64,000 bases of DNA from Hemiscyllium ocellatum (lineage: Eukaryota): the NCBI RefSeq assembly GCF_020745735.1, contig NC_083435.1, forward strand, positions 13,671,201 to 13,735,200. Reading direction: 5' to 3'. The notes under the pieces are model-generated. The model was not told where the DNA came from, searched no databases, and saw nothing but the letters and a program-made list of their open reading frames with translations. Positions 50,901-62,959 of the stretch are shown here, one piece after another. A program made the translations under genes and the position numbers. Each line of letters begins with the position of its first letter. The stretch's first letter is position 1.

Positions 50901-53877
50901 ACTGCTGTAGATTGGGTAGGAGAGTAACACGTTCTGAAGCACAAATCATCCGTACTATCCTGGAATTTCGTCGGGGTCCATTATTTTTGCAGTCTTCAAT
51001 GTCCCCAAACGTTTCTTAATATCGTATGGAGTAAATCTAAGTGAACACTGACATCTGCGATGCTGGGGGCCACTGGAGGAGACCTAGTTGGATTATCCAA
51101 TCAGCACATATGGCTGAAGATGTTTACGATTGTTTCAGATATACCTAATGCCCTGGTGTGTTGGACTTTTCTATCATTGAAAATTGAGACATATTTGAAG
51201 GCTCTTCCTCCAATGAGTTGCTCATTTGTCGACCACCATTCAAGACTGGATCTGACAGATCTGCAGAGATTTGAAAAGAAACAATGAAAGGTTAACGACA
51301 GAAAACTGGAAAGACAAAAATGAAACGCTCATGCGGAGAACACGTGTGAATGCCATTGCTAGAGTGGTCTTCTTCAACTCTGCAGTATTTCTATGATCTT
51401 AAAGCCCTTGCATATCTAGTTCGAGTACATCAATGGATTGCAAGATCCTGCCTCTGACTCCTCGCCAAAATACTGCTGTGTCTGTGTATATAGCATGTGA
51501 TGTCACCAGATGGCGCTAGTGGCTTTTTTTTGGATAGAGCGATAAATATGTCGGTATTTTCTATCGAATTTTCCGGAGGCCTCATTGAATGCATCTCAAA
51601 CAGGTGGAACAATGGATTTAGGCTTTCTGGCTTAGCGACAGGGATCCTGTCACTGTGCCGCAAGAACACAAACTCCTTGTTCTATTTTATTTGATCAATC
51701 TGTTCGTGTATGTTATTAAAGACCTCTGAAACATGCGAGATTTGATTTCAGGCCTTTTGCCTTAGTGGTTGCACCAAAAGGACCATTATGCTCCTCACTG
51801 TAGCGTCTCCCGTCCATCCACCTTCAGCTTCTTGAACAAATACCGTGCCTCCATCATAAGGTCAGAAGTGGAGATGTTGATTCAACATCATAGTTCAGCA
51901 CTACTCATGATTCCTGAGCTACTGAGTAGACCACGCGCAAATGCAGGACGACCTGAAAATACCAAGGTATGGTCCAAGGTGTGGCTCAGGCCACACAAGG
52001 TCAAAGCAATGACTGTCGCCAACAAGTAAGAATCGCTGCTGGACATGCAACGGCCTTGCTACTAATGAATCCCTTCGATCAGAAGCCAAACTAGGAGGAA
52101 CAATAATCTGCTCGATTTTTGCACTCACCTAAATGTACGTTCGTACAAAAGCGTTTATCAAAGCTGGAGCGCCGAAACAAAAGAACAAGAGAAGACTCGC
52201 AGATCATTAAAGTTTCATTGTTTTAAATTATTTCATCCCTATAAGGCCGCGTTACCTTTGCTGACTGGGGGAGAGATGGGAAGGTGAACTTCATGTAACT
52301 TTCGGATGGAGAGATTGTGTAAGAAATGTGCAATCCTGGCATGAACATTACCTTAACTATAATTTTGCAATCATCTTGTTTCAACTGCTGCCGGCCTATT
52401 CAAATGTTCCACAAGCTTCCATCACTAGCCGCTTGGTTATTGTATTTCCTTCCGCTTACAGTTGGTAGCAATACCTGCCGCTTGCAAGATCGAAACTTAA
52501 CGTTCCCGTCACAAATTGTGTCAGCATTCCTCCTTGAAGATTCCTATCGAAGCCTACTCTAGGAAGGCCTTTGTCATCTGTTCTTTGTATAGGCATCGGT
52601 TTTGTCTCATTAATATGTTGCGCATCATCATACTTTGTTTCCCTGCGTTAACTGTGGCTGTATAATGCGAAATTGTTGTGAAATTAGAACGTTTTGGTTT
52701 TGCATACATCCTTCTTTTACGTAAGAGAAAAATCAACTGGTTACCTGGGGTCCTTTTTCAACAGTTAAATTAATAATATTCAGTTAACTGGCTCAGTATT
52801 GCCGTGCCTACTTTAATCACATAAGAAGATCTGTATTATAGTTTAAGGTTCTAATTCATGATGTCTTGTTCATAATGCCAAAAGCATCTCAAGTATTACA
52901 AAAGATATAGTTCACATTAATGATTAGATACGGCATTGAGAAAAGGGAAATTCGGTGTTCCCTTGTCAAATTAGAAATGTTGTTGCAATCATTATTTCAA
53001 CCCTGGCACGACCGGAGAATCATGGTGTGGTGGCTTTGTCACCTACAGTAATAATACAGATAATACTTAAGGGGCACAGGACTCAAATCCCACCACAGCA
53101 ACTGGAGACGTTTAAGTGTAATTAATGAATCGAAACGGCAAAGTTAGGCTTAGCATCAGCTATGATAAAGGCTTAGCCGTCTTCCCAAACGCCCTAGTCA
53201 GCAGATTGTTGTGGAAGCAAATATGAATAACAAATTCTCAACAACAGCCCATCCCATCAAATAGAGAAATTCCCTCAAAGACCACACGCCCACATAAGAA
53301 ACTGATCACGTCTCAGATCACGTCTGACCGTTCCAGGTAGGACCACAAGAGAAAACTATGGGAGGGTCCGTTCAATAACTAGTATTCAATCATACTCCAG
53401 ACGCCTTTTACTCTTTCGATGTTTGTTTTCCTTTGGTTTTTATCACGTCATGGCCTCAAAATCACTAGGTGTGTTTTACATTTAAACAAGGAAAGTTGAC
53501 GTCTGTTCTTTCTATCAAGCCAACAAAGTCTTAATGTTCGATTGCAGAAACAATCACAGATTACAAAGGGATACATTATTATCTCCTTGTCGATTGGCTG
53601 TATCTTCTTTAGTCAGCTTTGGAAATATGAAGTTATGACATCATATGCATAACAAGTCAGTGACAGCACATGAACCAGCAGTTAAAGGATAAAAAGTGAG
53701 AATGTGATTTTTTTTTAAACAATCTTTTTTAAAGTAAGAATGAAACTTGGCACAACTTTCGTAATTTCAAATCATGCAGTGTTTCTCTGCAACATACTTG
53801 CCTTAGTTTTGGTAATAAGGGATAAAACAGGATTTTGAAAATTTGAAAAGATATAGATGATTGTCTTGATTAAAGTA

Positions 53878-54075
53878 GTGCTGTAAAAGCACAGCAAGTC
53901 AGGCAGCATCCGAGAGCAGGAAAATCTACGCTTCGGGCAAAAGAAATTCATGGTGAAGGGCTTTTGCCTGGAACGTCGATTTTCCTGCTTCTCGAAGCTG
54001 CCCGACCTGCGGTGCTTTTCCAGCACCAGCCTAATCTTGACTCTAATCTCCAGCATCTTCTGTATCCACTTCTGC
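53878..54075. mobile_element. Penelope-like foldback (inverted pLTR-type) element with a decayed hammerhead-like core
   Basis: The left arm aaaagcacagcaagtcaggcagcatccgagagcaggaaaatc is mirrored by gattttcctgcttctcgaagctgcccgacctgcggtgctttt. It belongs to the same family as 11121-11215 and 61485-61612. Confidence 0.7.
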
Positions 54076-54767
54076 CTAGCCAAAAGTCATGCTTATTAAA
54101 GGCCCATTGATAATAAGTGGTTTGGTTGAAAGGTCAGTTTTTGCCTGACCTACTATTTCCAATGCGTTCAGAAGGTCATGAAACATATTTTGCAATGGAA
54201 AATAGAATCCACTTCACAATGCTTGACTATTTCATCCTATAAGCAAATTGCAGAGAAAGAAAAATAATACATTTGAATGATGCAGTTCCAAGAGTACTAA
54301 ATTAAAATCACAACTTTTCATAATATTGCAAGTACAACTACTTCATACTCCACAATATAAGTCCAAAAATATGCTTAAATAATTCCTTATATTTCGATTG
54401 GCCAGAAACTGCTGGTTCTTTCCAATTGATGATGTCAACATTTGTTCATAGCAACCTTCCAGATCTGTAATTTTCTAATTTCCAGAGGTAGCACAATTAA
54501 AGCACAATGAAGAGATATCTTGTAGTTCCATTCAAAATACAGTTAAAAGAACTTAGATGTTTGTAAATGTTCTGCCCTGTTTAACACAAAGCATGGGGGT
54601 AAAGAGGTACTCACTTCAGTTTAGTCAGCCTTACAACAGTCATGGGAAAACTCCTAGAAACCATTATCAGCAACACAACAGAATATTGATATCGCACCTG
54701 ACCAAGTTGCACCAATTTAATAAACCATAACATTTAGGTGTTTAGTTGCATTTGTAATGATACTTAC

Positions 54768-54896
54768 CATTGCATTTGTATTCCAGTTTGCAAATTAGTA
54801 GAATAACGAGTATAAAAACCAGCAAGATTATTGTTGTTCGAAGTACAAATGATAAAGCAGTCTTGAGTTCTACGCAATTTGATATGTTTATCTTCC
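54768..54896 (-). CDS. NCR3: NCR3-like receptor exon 3: stalk and transmembrane (R)KINISNCVELKTALSFVLRTTIILLVFILVILLICKLEYKCN
   Basis: tttcag|GG ... AAT G|GTAAGT; 129 bp, phase 1-1, in frame with the V exon. An Arg sits at the N-terminal side of the TM helix, as in NKp30 (LLLRAGFY). Confidence 0.85.
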
Positions 54897-55569
54897 CTGA
54901 AATGATTAAACACAAGAACCATTTCATTTCTACCAGTTTAATAGCTAGGGTCAAAAATAAGTATCATATACAGAGTTGTAAAATATTCTAGTCCTCGTCA
55001 TATGAATAAAAATACTTTAAGTGGTATCCAACTTATATCATCTTTCTTGTACATGGACTCTCAAATGTCAGCCCCTTCCATTCACTAAAAAATAGATGAA
55101 TGGTTACTTGATCATTTCATGAACACACTGACAGACGCATATTGCAAGAAACTGATATTTCTGAAACTATGTTTGTTTCTTGAATTGCATTATTTCTAGA
55201 ATCTCAGTTGGATCTAATTGCATTCATAATTTCACAATTTCGTGTGCAACCTCAACATAAATCGTTTCGACGATAGAAATCTCAGTCAACTTTCTTCTAG
55301 CAATTATTTTGATATCACTCTGTGTCGGGAATTAAATGTTCACACAAGTCAGTCCTCAGCGATAGCCACATTATTCACATTTTGCTCGACAATACTCAGC
55401 TCTGTGAACCGTGCATTTAGAAAAGCTTCAAATATATTAAGTTGCTTTATGAAATATTGGGCAGACAAAAGAAAATGAGAAATGATATAATAAAGTAACA
55501 GTTAACATTAAGCTTCATTTACTTGCTATACTTCTTGAAGTAAATCGATTTCCATATATGATTATTGGT

Positions 55570-56720
55570 GTCATAGAGCATGAACACAGACCCTTTGCTC
55601 CAGTTCGTCCAATTCGATTCCCAATTTCAAGTAATTCCATTTGCCTACGTTTCGCCCATATCCCTCTAAGTATGTCCTATTCTTGTACCTGTCCAAATAT
55701 CATTTCAATATTGTAAATATATCTCCCCGTCTAGCACTTCCTCTGGCAGTTCACTCCTCATATATTTACCACCCTCTGTGCGAAGCAGTAGTCAAGTATG
55801 TTCCTTTTACATTTTCCCCCTTACCCTAAACCTATGCTATGTAGATTTGAATACCCCCACACCTCCCTCCCCCCTTCCTCACCCCGGGAGAACAGCTTTT
55901 CAATTTACAGTTTCCACGTCTTCATGATTTTATAAATCTCTAACATCACCCTCAACCTCCTACGTTCCAGGGAAAGATGTCATGTCCTATCCAGCTTCTC
56001 CTTGTAGCCCAAACCCTCCAGTCCGGGTAGCATCCTTGCAAATCATTTCTCCACGCTTTTACAATTTCATAGTATCCTTCCTATGGCAGGCGAGTGGAAC
56101 TGTACACAGTAGTCCAAAAGTGGCCTCACCAATATCCTGTACAGTCGCAACTTGAAATCCCAACTCCTATATTCAATGACTAATGAGGGAAGCCATCCTA
56201 TCTAACTGGGACTTTCAAGGACCTGAACCGCTTGGTCTCTCTAATGAACAACACATCCAAGGGCCCGACCATTAACTTTTGAAGTCCTGTCCTGGTTGGT
56301 TTTACCAAAACTCAACACCTAACATTTAAATTAAACTCTATCTGCTACACCTAAGCTCATTAGCCCAGCTGATCATGATCCTGCTGTACTATTGGATAAC
56401 CTTCTTCCCTGTTCAATGTATCACCAATTGCAGCATTGTCCGAAAACTTTCCAGTTATGCATCCTATATTTTCATCCGAATTATTTATTTGAAAGGAAAG
56501 CGACAATGGACCCAGCACTGATCCCGACAGAACACCACTGGTTGCCGGCTTCCAGACTAAAAAATCAATCGCTGATTACAAGCCTCTAATCCAAAAATTA
56601 CCTTGTACGACCACCCCCTGTCTTCTACCGCCAATCCAATTTTGTATTAATCCAATTGGCTAGCCCTCCCTGGCTCCCATGTGATCTAACTTTACTAACC
56701 AGTCCGCCCCGCCGAACTTT
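55570..56720 (-). mobile_element. Decayed CR1 3' fragment in intron 2
   Basis: Starts with an inverted CR1 3' end (tagagcatgaacacagaccctttg), followed by antisense RT-like sequence. Confidence 0.7.
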
Positions 56721-57132
56721 CTCGACGTGCTTATATTGTTTCAAATTTAACGATCATGTAGGAACAGGTTTAATAACGAAACTCTTTAAAGCATACGTCA
56801 CATCATTCAACTCGAATGCATATCATTCATATATAAAATTATTGCACCTGGTTAGTTGGCGGCATACATTTATTGACAACAATTTAGGACAGATTTTAGC
56901 GTTTTGTTAAGGTAGTATTGAATAGTCTCATTTTACCGCATCTATTTCCCTCCATTGGTCATGCCGTCCAGTGCTACTTGCGAAAGACGTCAATTGGCTG
57001 CATTGCTTTAAGAGAATCCGCTAAATGAGTGGTACGGTAATTAAAACTGAGAAAACCGGATCAAATCAATCTTGCATCTGTACAATTCAAGCAGTTTTCA
57101 TTTGCAAAACACTATGTCTATTTATTACTTAC

Positions 57133-57474
57133 GCTTCACCTCCAGTTTGGTGCCGTTTCCATGTCCTTTCCCTGCTCCAACTACAGTTATATGACAGTAA
57201 TAAGTGTCCGAGTCTTTCTCAGTCAAGTCGGAGATATTAATGAAGATCCTGTTGTTGGCAAATGAATCACTGTCTGATGTCTGCACCCGAGCTTCATAAA
57301 GGGGGTTATTATCCAATTTGTACCCATCCAGATTGCCCCGTGTCCAATAAGCTGCACCAATCAGAGATAGAGTTCCTTCAAAATCCAAGGCACAGTTCAG
57401 CGTCACCGACTGCCCCTCTGTTGCAGTTATTAATGGAGGGAACTGGAAGACAGTGACGTTCATCTTCGTACCCA
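57133..57474 (-). CDS. NCR3: NCR3/NKp30-like receptor exon 2: germline-joined V-J Ig domain (113 codons)
   Basis: tttcctatcag|TG ... AAG C|GTAAGT; 342 bp, phase 1-1. Motifs are EGQSVTLNC, IGAAYW, DSDTYYC and VVGAGKGHGNGTKLEV (cf. human NKp30 EGSSAFLPC, IGSVTW, VLGLGVGTGNGTRLVV). The symbol denotes family membership, not proven orthology. Confidence 0.9.
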
Positions 57475-58662
57475 CTGATAGGAAAATAATAACATGATAA
57501 ATGATGAATTCCATTCCTCTCTGCTGCTCTCATACAATTTTCGGTGGTAACTGTAAATATCATGTTACATTATATAAGTACGTAGAAAATGAACAGAGCA
57601 GCAGATAATGGATAGCCAAACATGCGCAAAGAAGTACTTTTTAAAACGTCTTTCGCAAGCCAGTCATGCTCTGGAAAAGCTAAGCAAGTTACATGCTGGT
57701 TGTGTTGTACCATATCTCTGTCTACTCTTCTGAACCAAAATTAAATGCAAGTGCAAATAGGTTACCTCTGATACTGAATTAAATGGTATTCATGTTTCTA
57801 TTATCTCTTGTCACTGGATGGTTATTTTCTAATTCGTAATATTTTCGAGCAATTTGAGAATGTTCTTGCTACATTTCGCAAACGGAGCCCCTCAATTGAC
57901 AAACAATGGCCCACGTTTGTAAAACCCGCTACAAATATATAGCTCCCTCAAGAAGCAAGAATTTGCCACTTGAATTTAACTGATATAGCAGGACAGGTGA
58001 GAATCTGGATTGCATAAACATGGAAAACTAGAAATGGGAAACTGTTGAACGGAGGGCTAAAGATAATTTTGTTTAATGATTGAGGATCAGGAAGCAGAGA
58101 AATCCGAGGAAGTGCAATATGGATTTAGGGACCGTGTTCGAAATGCACATGCAAGTAAGTTCGATGTTCTGCAGACAGACGTTGGCGGGTGGAACTATAT
58201 TATAATGCCAAGAATACAGGCCTTTCCTCAACAGGACGAAGATTGAAAGCCTGATATCCGTGGTTAGAAAGTTGTCTAAATGGTAATGAGTAGGGAGGAG
58301 CATACTGAGGAGACAAAGAAGAAATCCACTTTGTTAGAATAAAGTTGCTATATTTGACTTTGAGCTGTTCCTTTATATAGTAACAACTTGGCTTGATAAA
58401 GTACATATTTACGGGTATTTTCATCGCTTTTTCCTTTTGTCCAGGAAGTGACCAGCCTGTCATAGAAGCTGCAGCTTGAAGGACATCACCCTTTCACAAG
58501 CATGGCTAAGGAGAATATTCACTCTCTTTAACTAATCTGTTTTGCTAATGTTATGAACGTACTATCGAGGCATTCGTACGCTGGAGTAGGACTGAAATCT
58601 CAGGAAGGGACGCTACCACAGCACCACAAAACTTCTCATGTAATTTTTCAAAGGCCAAGTTT

Positions 58663-58937
58663 GGCGGTATTGTGGCTTAGTGGTTAGCATTGCTACCTCA
58701 CAGCAGTAAGGACGCAACGTTCGGTTCCAGCATCGGGGAACTATCTGCTTGGAGGCTGCACATTCTCTCTGTGCGCTTTTTCCCATTGTCCAAAGATGTG
58801 CAGGTCAGGGGAACTGGCTGTGCGAAATCATCTATAGTATTAGGTCCATTTCGTAAGAGGATGGGTTACTCTTTGGAGGGTCGGTGTGGACTTGTTGGCC
58901 TAAGGTGCCAGTTTCCATACTGGAGGGGAATCCAATC
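58663..58937 (+). mobile_element. HE1-like V-SINE in intron 1
   Basis: gtggcttagtggttagcattgctacctcacagc head, decayed V domain, and CR1-like tail. Confidence 0.8.
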
Positions 58938-59584
58938 ACCATAACTAATTGTTGGGAGTGAATTTACAAGCTGGTTGCAGAAAATGGGAGGGCATAAGAC
59001 GAGTGAAAGTGGAGAATTCAATTATTATACTATACACTGGGATATTACTAGTGAGCCAAGAAAACTGGGGGATAAATTGCTGACAAGTAAACAAAAAAAA
59101 CTGTCACAATTAATTTGTTCTGGTCTGAGAATGAAATAAAGCTGGTTTGTACCTTGTTAATATTAAACCCTTGTTCCTATACACGTCTCCGATCTATCAG
59201 CTCTGAGACAAAATATGCGTTATTGACTTTGCTATTCACCTGTCCAATAAATGTAATATTTTATGCGCATGCGGTACACATCCAGAGTTCTCTGCTATTG
59301 CAGACGTTTTGGAATGGCAAACTTGATTTTATGCTATCTCTCCGTGTATTATCTCACACTTCTCTGCAATGAACAGCTAGTCACTCCAACAAGTTGTCAA
59401 TGTCATTTTACACAATACTGAGCACGGTTTGCAATGCTTCCAAGTTATGTGTTATGGTGAGAGGTGTAGGATATACAGATATATATTAGGTTTAATCGTT
59501 GGATTTCAAAGCTGGATGGGTCAGTTAACTTTTTTTTAAAAGTAACTACCAGAGAGAGGCGTAACCTAGTTGGTCTCCGAGGAA

Positions 59585-61200
59585 CGGGACCTTCTGGAGT
59601 ACAACACAATTGTTAAGTGCAGAAGAAGGCCATTCGTCCATTGTGACTGCACAGACATGTTAATTGAGCATCATTGCCAACATACAACCTCTTGGAGTTT
59701 TTCCCCGATACACTTCCAGCTTATTTTTTTAAATCCAACTCATTATCCAATGCTCTCCTCGATGACTCAATTGTACCGACCTCCACCATCTGCCCTAACT
59801 ATACACTGAGTGGAAAGGTTGTGGTTTACAACACCCTCACTTCTTTTGCAGATCATGCCAAATCTATGTCCTTTTGCTCTTGGTCTGTTTATGAACTGGA
59901 ACGCATTCTCACTGTCTGCTCTATCCAGTCTGCTCGTGAGTGTGAAACCTCCACCAGCTCTCTCTTCGTCTCCTTCTCTTCAAGGAAACGGTCCTATATT
60001 TTTCATTCTTTCCGAATAAGTGAATGTTTGCATTTCTGGAAACATTCTTGTAAACATTTTCTGAAACATTTGGATCCTTCTGATAATTCTGCCCAGAACT
60101 ACATACAATCCTCCTTCTGAAGTCTGACAAGTGTCTTGTACAATTTCAGCATCACCTCCTTGCTCTTATACTCTCTGTTGCATGACACGGTATCAAAACC
60201 TTCTTGGATTCCATATACATCACATCAACGGTGTTACCCTTTACCAAGCCTTTATGTTAACTTTTCAAACAGTCGAGTAAGTTACTTGAGGGTGGTTCGG
60301 TAGCTCAGTGGTTGGCACTGCTGCCTCATGGTCCCAGGTTCGATTCTGGCCTCGGGCGACTGTCTGTGTGGAGCTTGCGCATTCTCCCGGTGTCTGCATG
60401 GGTTTCCTCCGGTTTCCTCCCGCAGTCCAGGTGAATTAGCCACTTTAAATTGCCCATAGTGTTAGGTGCATTAGTCAGAGGGAAATGGATCTGAGTGGGT
60501 AACTGTTCGGAGGGCGTGGACTAGTTAGGCTGAAGGGCCTGTTTCCACACTGTCAGGAATCTAATCTAAAACAGCTGAGGATACAGTATGCTTTGCTTAC
60601 TGTTTTTTTCTCTCTCTGTCTATCCCGCCCCTTCAATGATTTATGCGCGTATGCACCCAGGCCTTTCTGCCATCACAACACCTTCACCCCACCTGAGAAT
60701 TATGCCCTCTCTTTTATATTGCATTTCATTGTTATCCTACCAAAATGCGTCACGTAACTTTTCCATGCACTGAAACGGATCATCAACATATCTGCCTACT
60801 CCATCAATTTGTCGCTATCCTTTTAAGTTTCTGAAACGTCTTTTGCACAGTTTACAATTTTCTAAGTTTTGTGCTATCTGAAAACTTTGAAAGTATCCTG
60901 CACACCAAGAAATATATCATTTATATATATCAAGGAAAGCAAGGGATCCAATAACAGGACCTGGGGAACGCCACTACAAACCTTCCTCCTGCCCCAAAAA
61001 TATCCATTAACAATTACTCTCTTATTCCTATCTTTAAACCAATTTTGCACAATGATGCCAGCAACACATCATCACCTGATGATTTCCTCGTAAGTGTGTT
61101 GCATGACACGATATCAAAATCTTTCTTGGATTCCATATATACCACATTAACATTGTTACCTTTTATCAAGACTTTGTTATATTTTCAAACAGTCGAGAAC
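59585..61200 (-). mobile_element. Decayed CR1 fragment in intron 1, interrupted at 60177-60570
   Basis: Antisense RT-like sequence (tacaatttcagcatcacctccttgctctt ... gtatgctttg) continues across the interruption. Confidence 0.65.
60289..60568 (+). mobile_element. HE1-like V-SINE
   Basis: ggtagctcagtggttggcactgctgcctca head, ggttcgattc B box, V domain and gaagggcctgtttccacactgt tail. Confidence 0.85.
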
Positions 61201-61208
61201 GCTTCTTG

Positions 61209-61656
61209 AGAGTGGCACGGTGGCTGGCACTGCTGCCTCACAGCACCAGGGTGCAAGTTCCGATTCTTGCCTCGGGCGGCTGTCTGTGTGGAGTTTGCAC
61301 ATTCTCCCCGTGTCTCCGTGGGTTTTCTCCGGGTGTTCTGGTTTCCTCCCACAGTCCAAAGGTTGCCAGTCCAGGTGAATTGGCCATGCTAAATTGCCCA
61401 TAGCGTTAGGTGCATTAGTCAGAGGGAAATGGGTCTGGGTGGGTTACTCTTTGGAGGATCGGTGTGGACTTGTTGGTTCGAAGGAGAAAGTGAGGAGGAG
61501 CTTAAAAATGTGTTGCTGGAAAAGCGCAGCAGGTCAGGCAGCATCAAAGGACCAGGAGAGCTCCTGAAGAAGGGCTTATGCCCGAAACGTGGATTCTCTT
61601 GCTCCTTTGATGTTGTAGGTTCGAAGGGCCTGTTTCCACGCTGTAGGGAATCTAAT
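61209..61656 (+). mobile_element. HE1-like V-SINE carrying a nested insertion
   Basis: Full V domain (tgtggagtttgcacattctccccgtgtctccgtgggttt). The tail is split by 61485-61612. Confidence 0.85.
61485..61612 (+). mobile_element. Penelope-like foldback insertion with a hammerhead-like core and a 15-bp target-site duplication
   Basis: Flanked by ttgttggttcgaagg (61470-61484) and ttgtaggttcgaagg (61613-61627). Core CTGAAGA-A-GGGC-TTAT-GCCC-GAAACGTG at 61564-61591. Confidence 0.75.
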
Positions 61657-62130
61657 CATTTCCCCGCCATAATGCTCCCATTTTGCTGCAATGCTCTTAC
61701 AGGTATGTTTTTCTACTTGCTCCCTCCAGTTTTTTGCTGCATATATTATGAGTCATGCAGCTATGCTATTTTTGTTCCTTTTTTCTAGTAAAATCGACTT
61801 CGAACCCCTGCAACTTGACTTTCTGCAACACCACAATATTTACTAATGCTAACCCTTGTCCTTTTATTTATTTCCTTTCTTCACTTTCTGAACACATTCT
61901 AACTAGAAATATTTGACACCCAACTGTGCCATTCTTCACACCATGTTTATATTATATCCACAAATTTACAATTCACACATCTTCACTATGTGCCATATAT
62001 TCACGTGCTACACTAAATTTGATTTAGACTCGATTTCTTTCTTCTTTTATGAGACTCCACCGCGAAAACCACCAACTGTCACTACAACAATATTGGAAAA
62101 ACACCCGTCGAGGGACATAGTTTTTTTTTC

Positions 62131-62400
62131 GTGGCAACGTGGTGGTTCAATGGTTAGCACAGTTCCCTCACAAAAACAAGGAGCCGCGTTCAATTCCAGT
62201 CTTGAGCAACTGTCAGTGTAGGGTTTGCAAATTCTCCCGATATCTACGTGGACCTTCCGTCGATTGTTCCTGTTTCATCACAGAATGGAAGCTAAGTGGG
62301 TTAGCCATAGGAAGCACGGGGTTAGCGGATTTGATCTGAGTGGGATGCACTTGGGAATGTCGGTGCAGAGTCGATCGACCGTGTGGCCTGCCTCCACAAT
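62131..62400 (+). mobile_element. Divergent V-SINE
   Basis: gtggttcaatggttagcacag head, gttcaattcc B box and tgtagggtttgcaaattctcccg V-domain remnant. Confidence 0.65.
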
Positions 62401-62959
62401 GCGTCCTGATTCAATTTGGCTAGTACAGGTGCCATTAAACCGAGAGTCTGTCCTCGAATATAAATCCCACCCCCTACACTATCATTCCAGACATTTATTC
62501 GCCTATCTTATCCTTTTATATTTATACTTAATTGCACATGATCAAAGCCATTTCAAACCAAATGTCAACAAAAAGAATGGAAAACCAATACGTTGAGCAC
62601 AGAACAAAATGGTTCAAAGCAAAACGATGATACTTTTTTTTCAAGATGCAAGTAAATTAAAGACAAAACTCTTTTACATTTTATAAAGTAAGTTTATGGT
62701 GCATAAAAATGCGAATAAGATAGCTTCTGATGGAATATTCGCTGCTTTTAAACTGAAACATTATCTAAACGTTAATAGTATTTTCATTATTCAATTAAAT
62801 GCCAAATATATAAATTATACACTCAAATAAAATAACAGTGATTATAGTTAACTAGGGCATTACATACTAACTACTTGTCTAAATACAATAGAACATCACA
62901 AGGCATCAACTGCTAGATAAAGAGTTGTACATAATAACGAATAATATAAGTTCACTCAC

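Larger units (their letters stand above)
1..52798. repeat. Tandem array (macrosatellite / segmental duplication) with about 3.6 units of 14-16 kb visible: 1-14016, 14017-28494, 28495-44357, 44358-52798 (truncated)
   Basis: The motif tagatttttt(t)ca recurs at 1, 14017, 28495 and 44358, and the same order of blocks follows each. ORFs 94..435 and 28588..28929 translate identically, as do 21794..22192 and 36250..36648. Homology to unit 1 (position ~8848, ctggctcagta) stops at 52798. Confidence 0.97.

Noticed and set aside
54342-54464. Extra tail exon DLEGCYEQM... with a YxxM motif
   Set aside because: Its acceptor (gaaattagaaaattacag) lacks a pyrimidine tract, so it is too weak to call without transcripts.
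57125-57514. Rearranging TCR/Ig V segment, or a single-exon 129-aa protein as in the ORF track
   Set aside because: No heptamer/nonamer RSS follows, and the J-like motif is in the same exon with its own donor. The ORF's first residues and final RK come from intron sequence.
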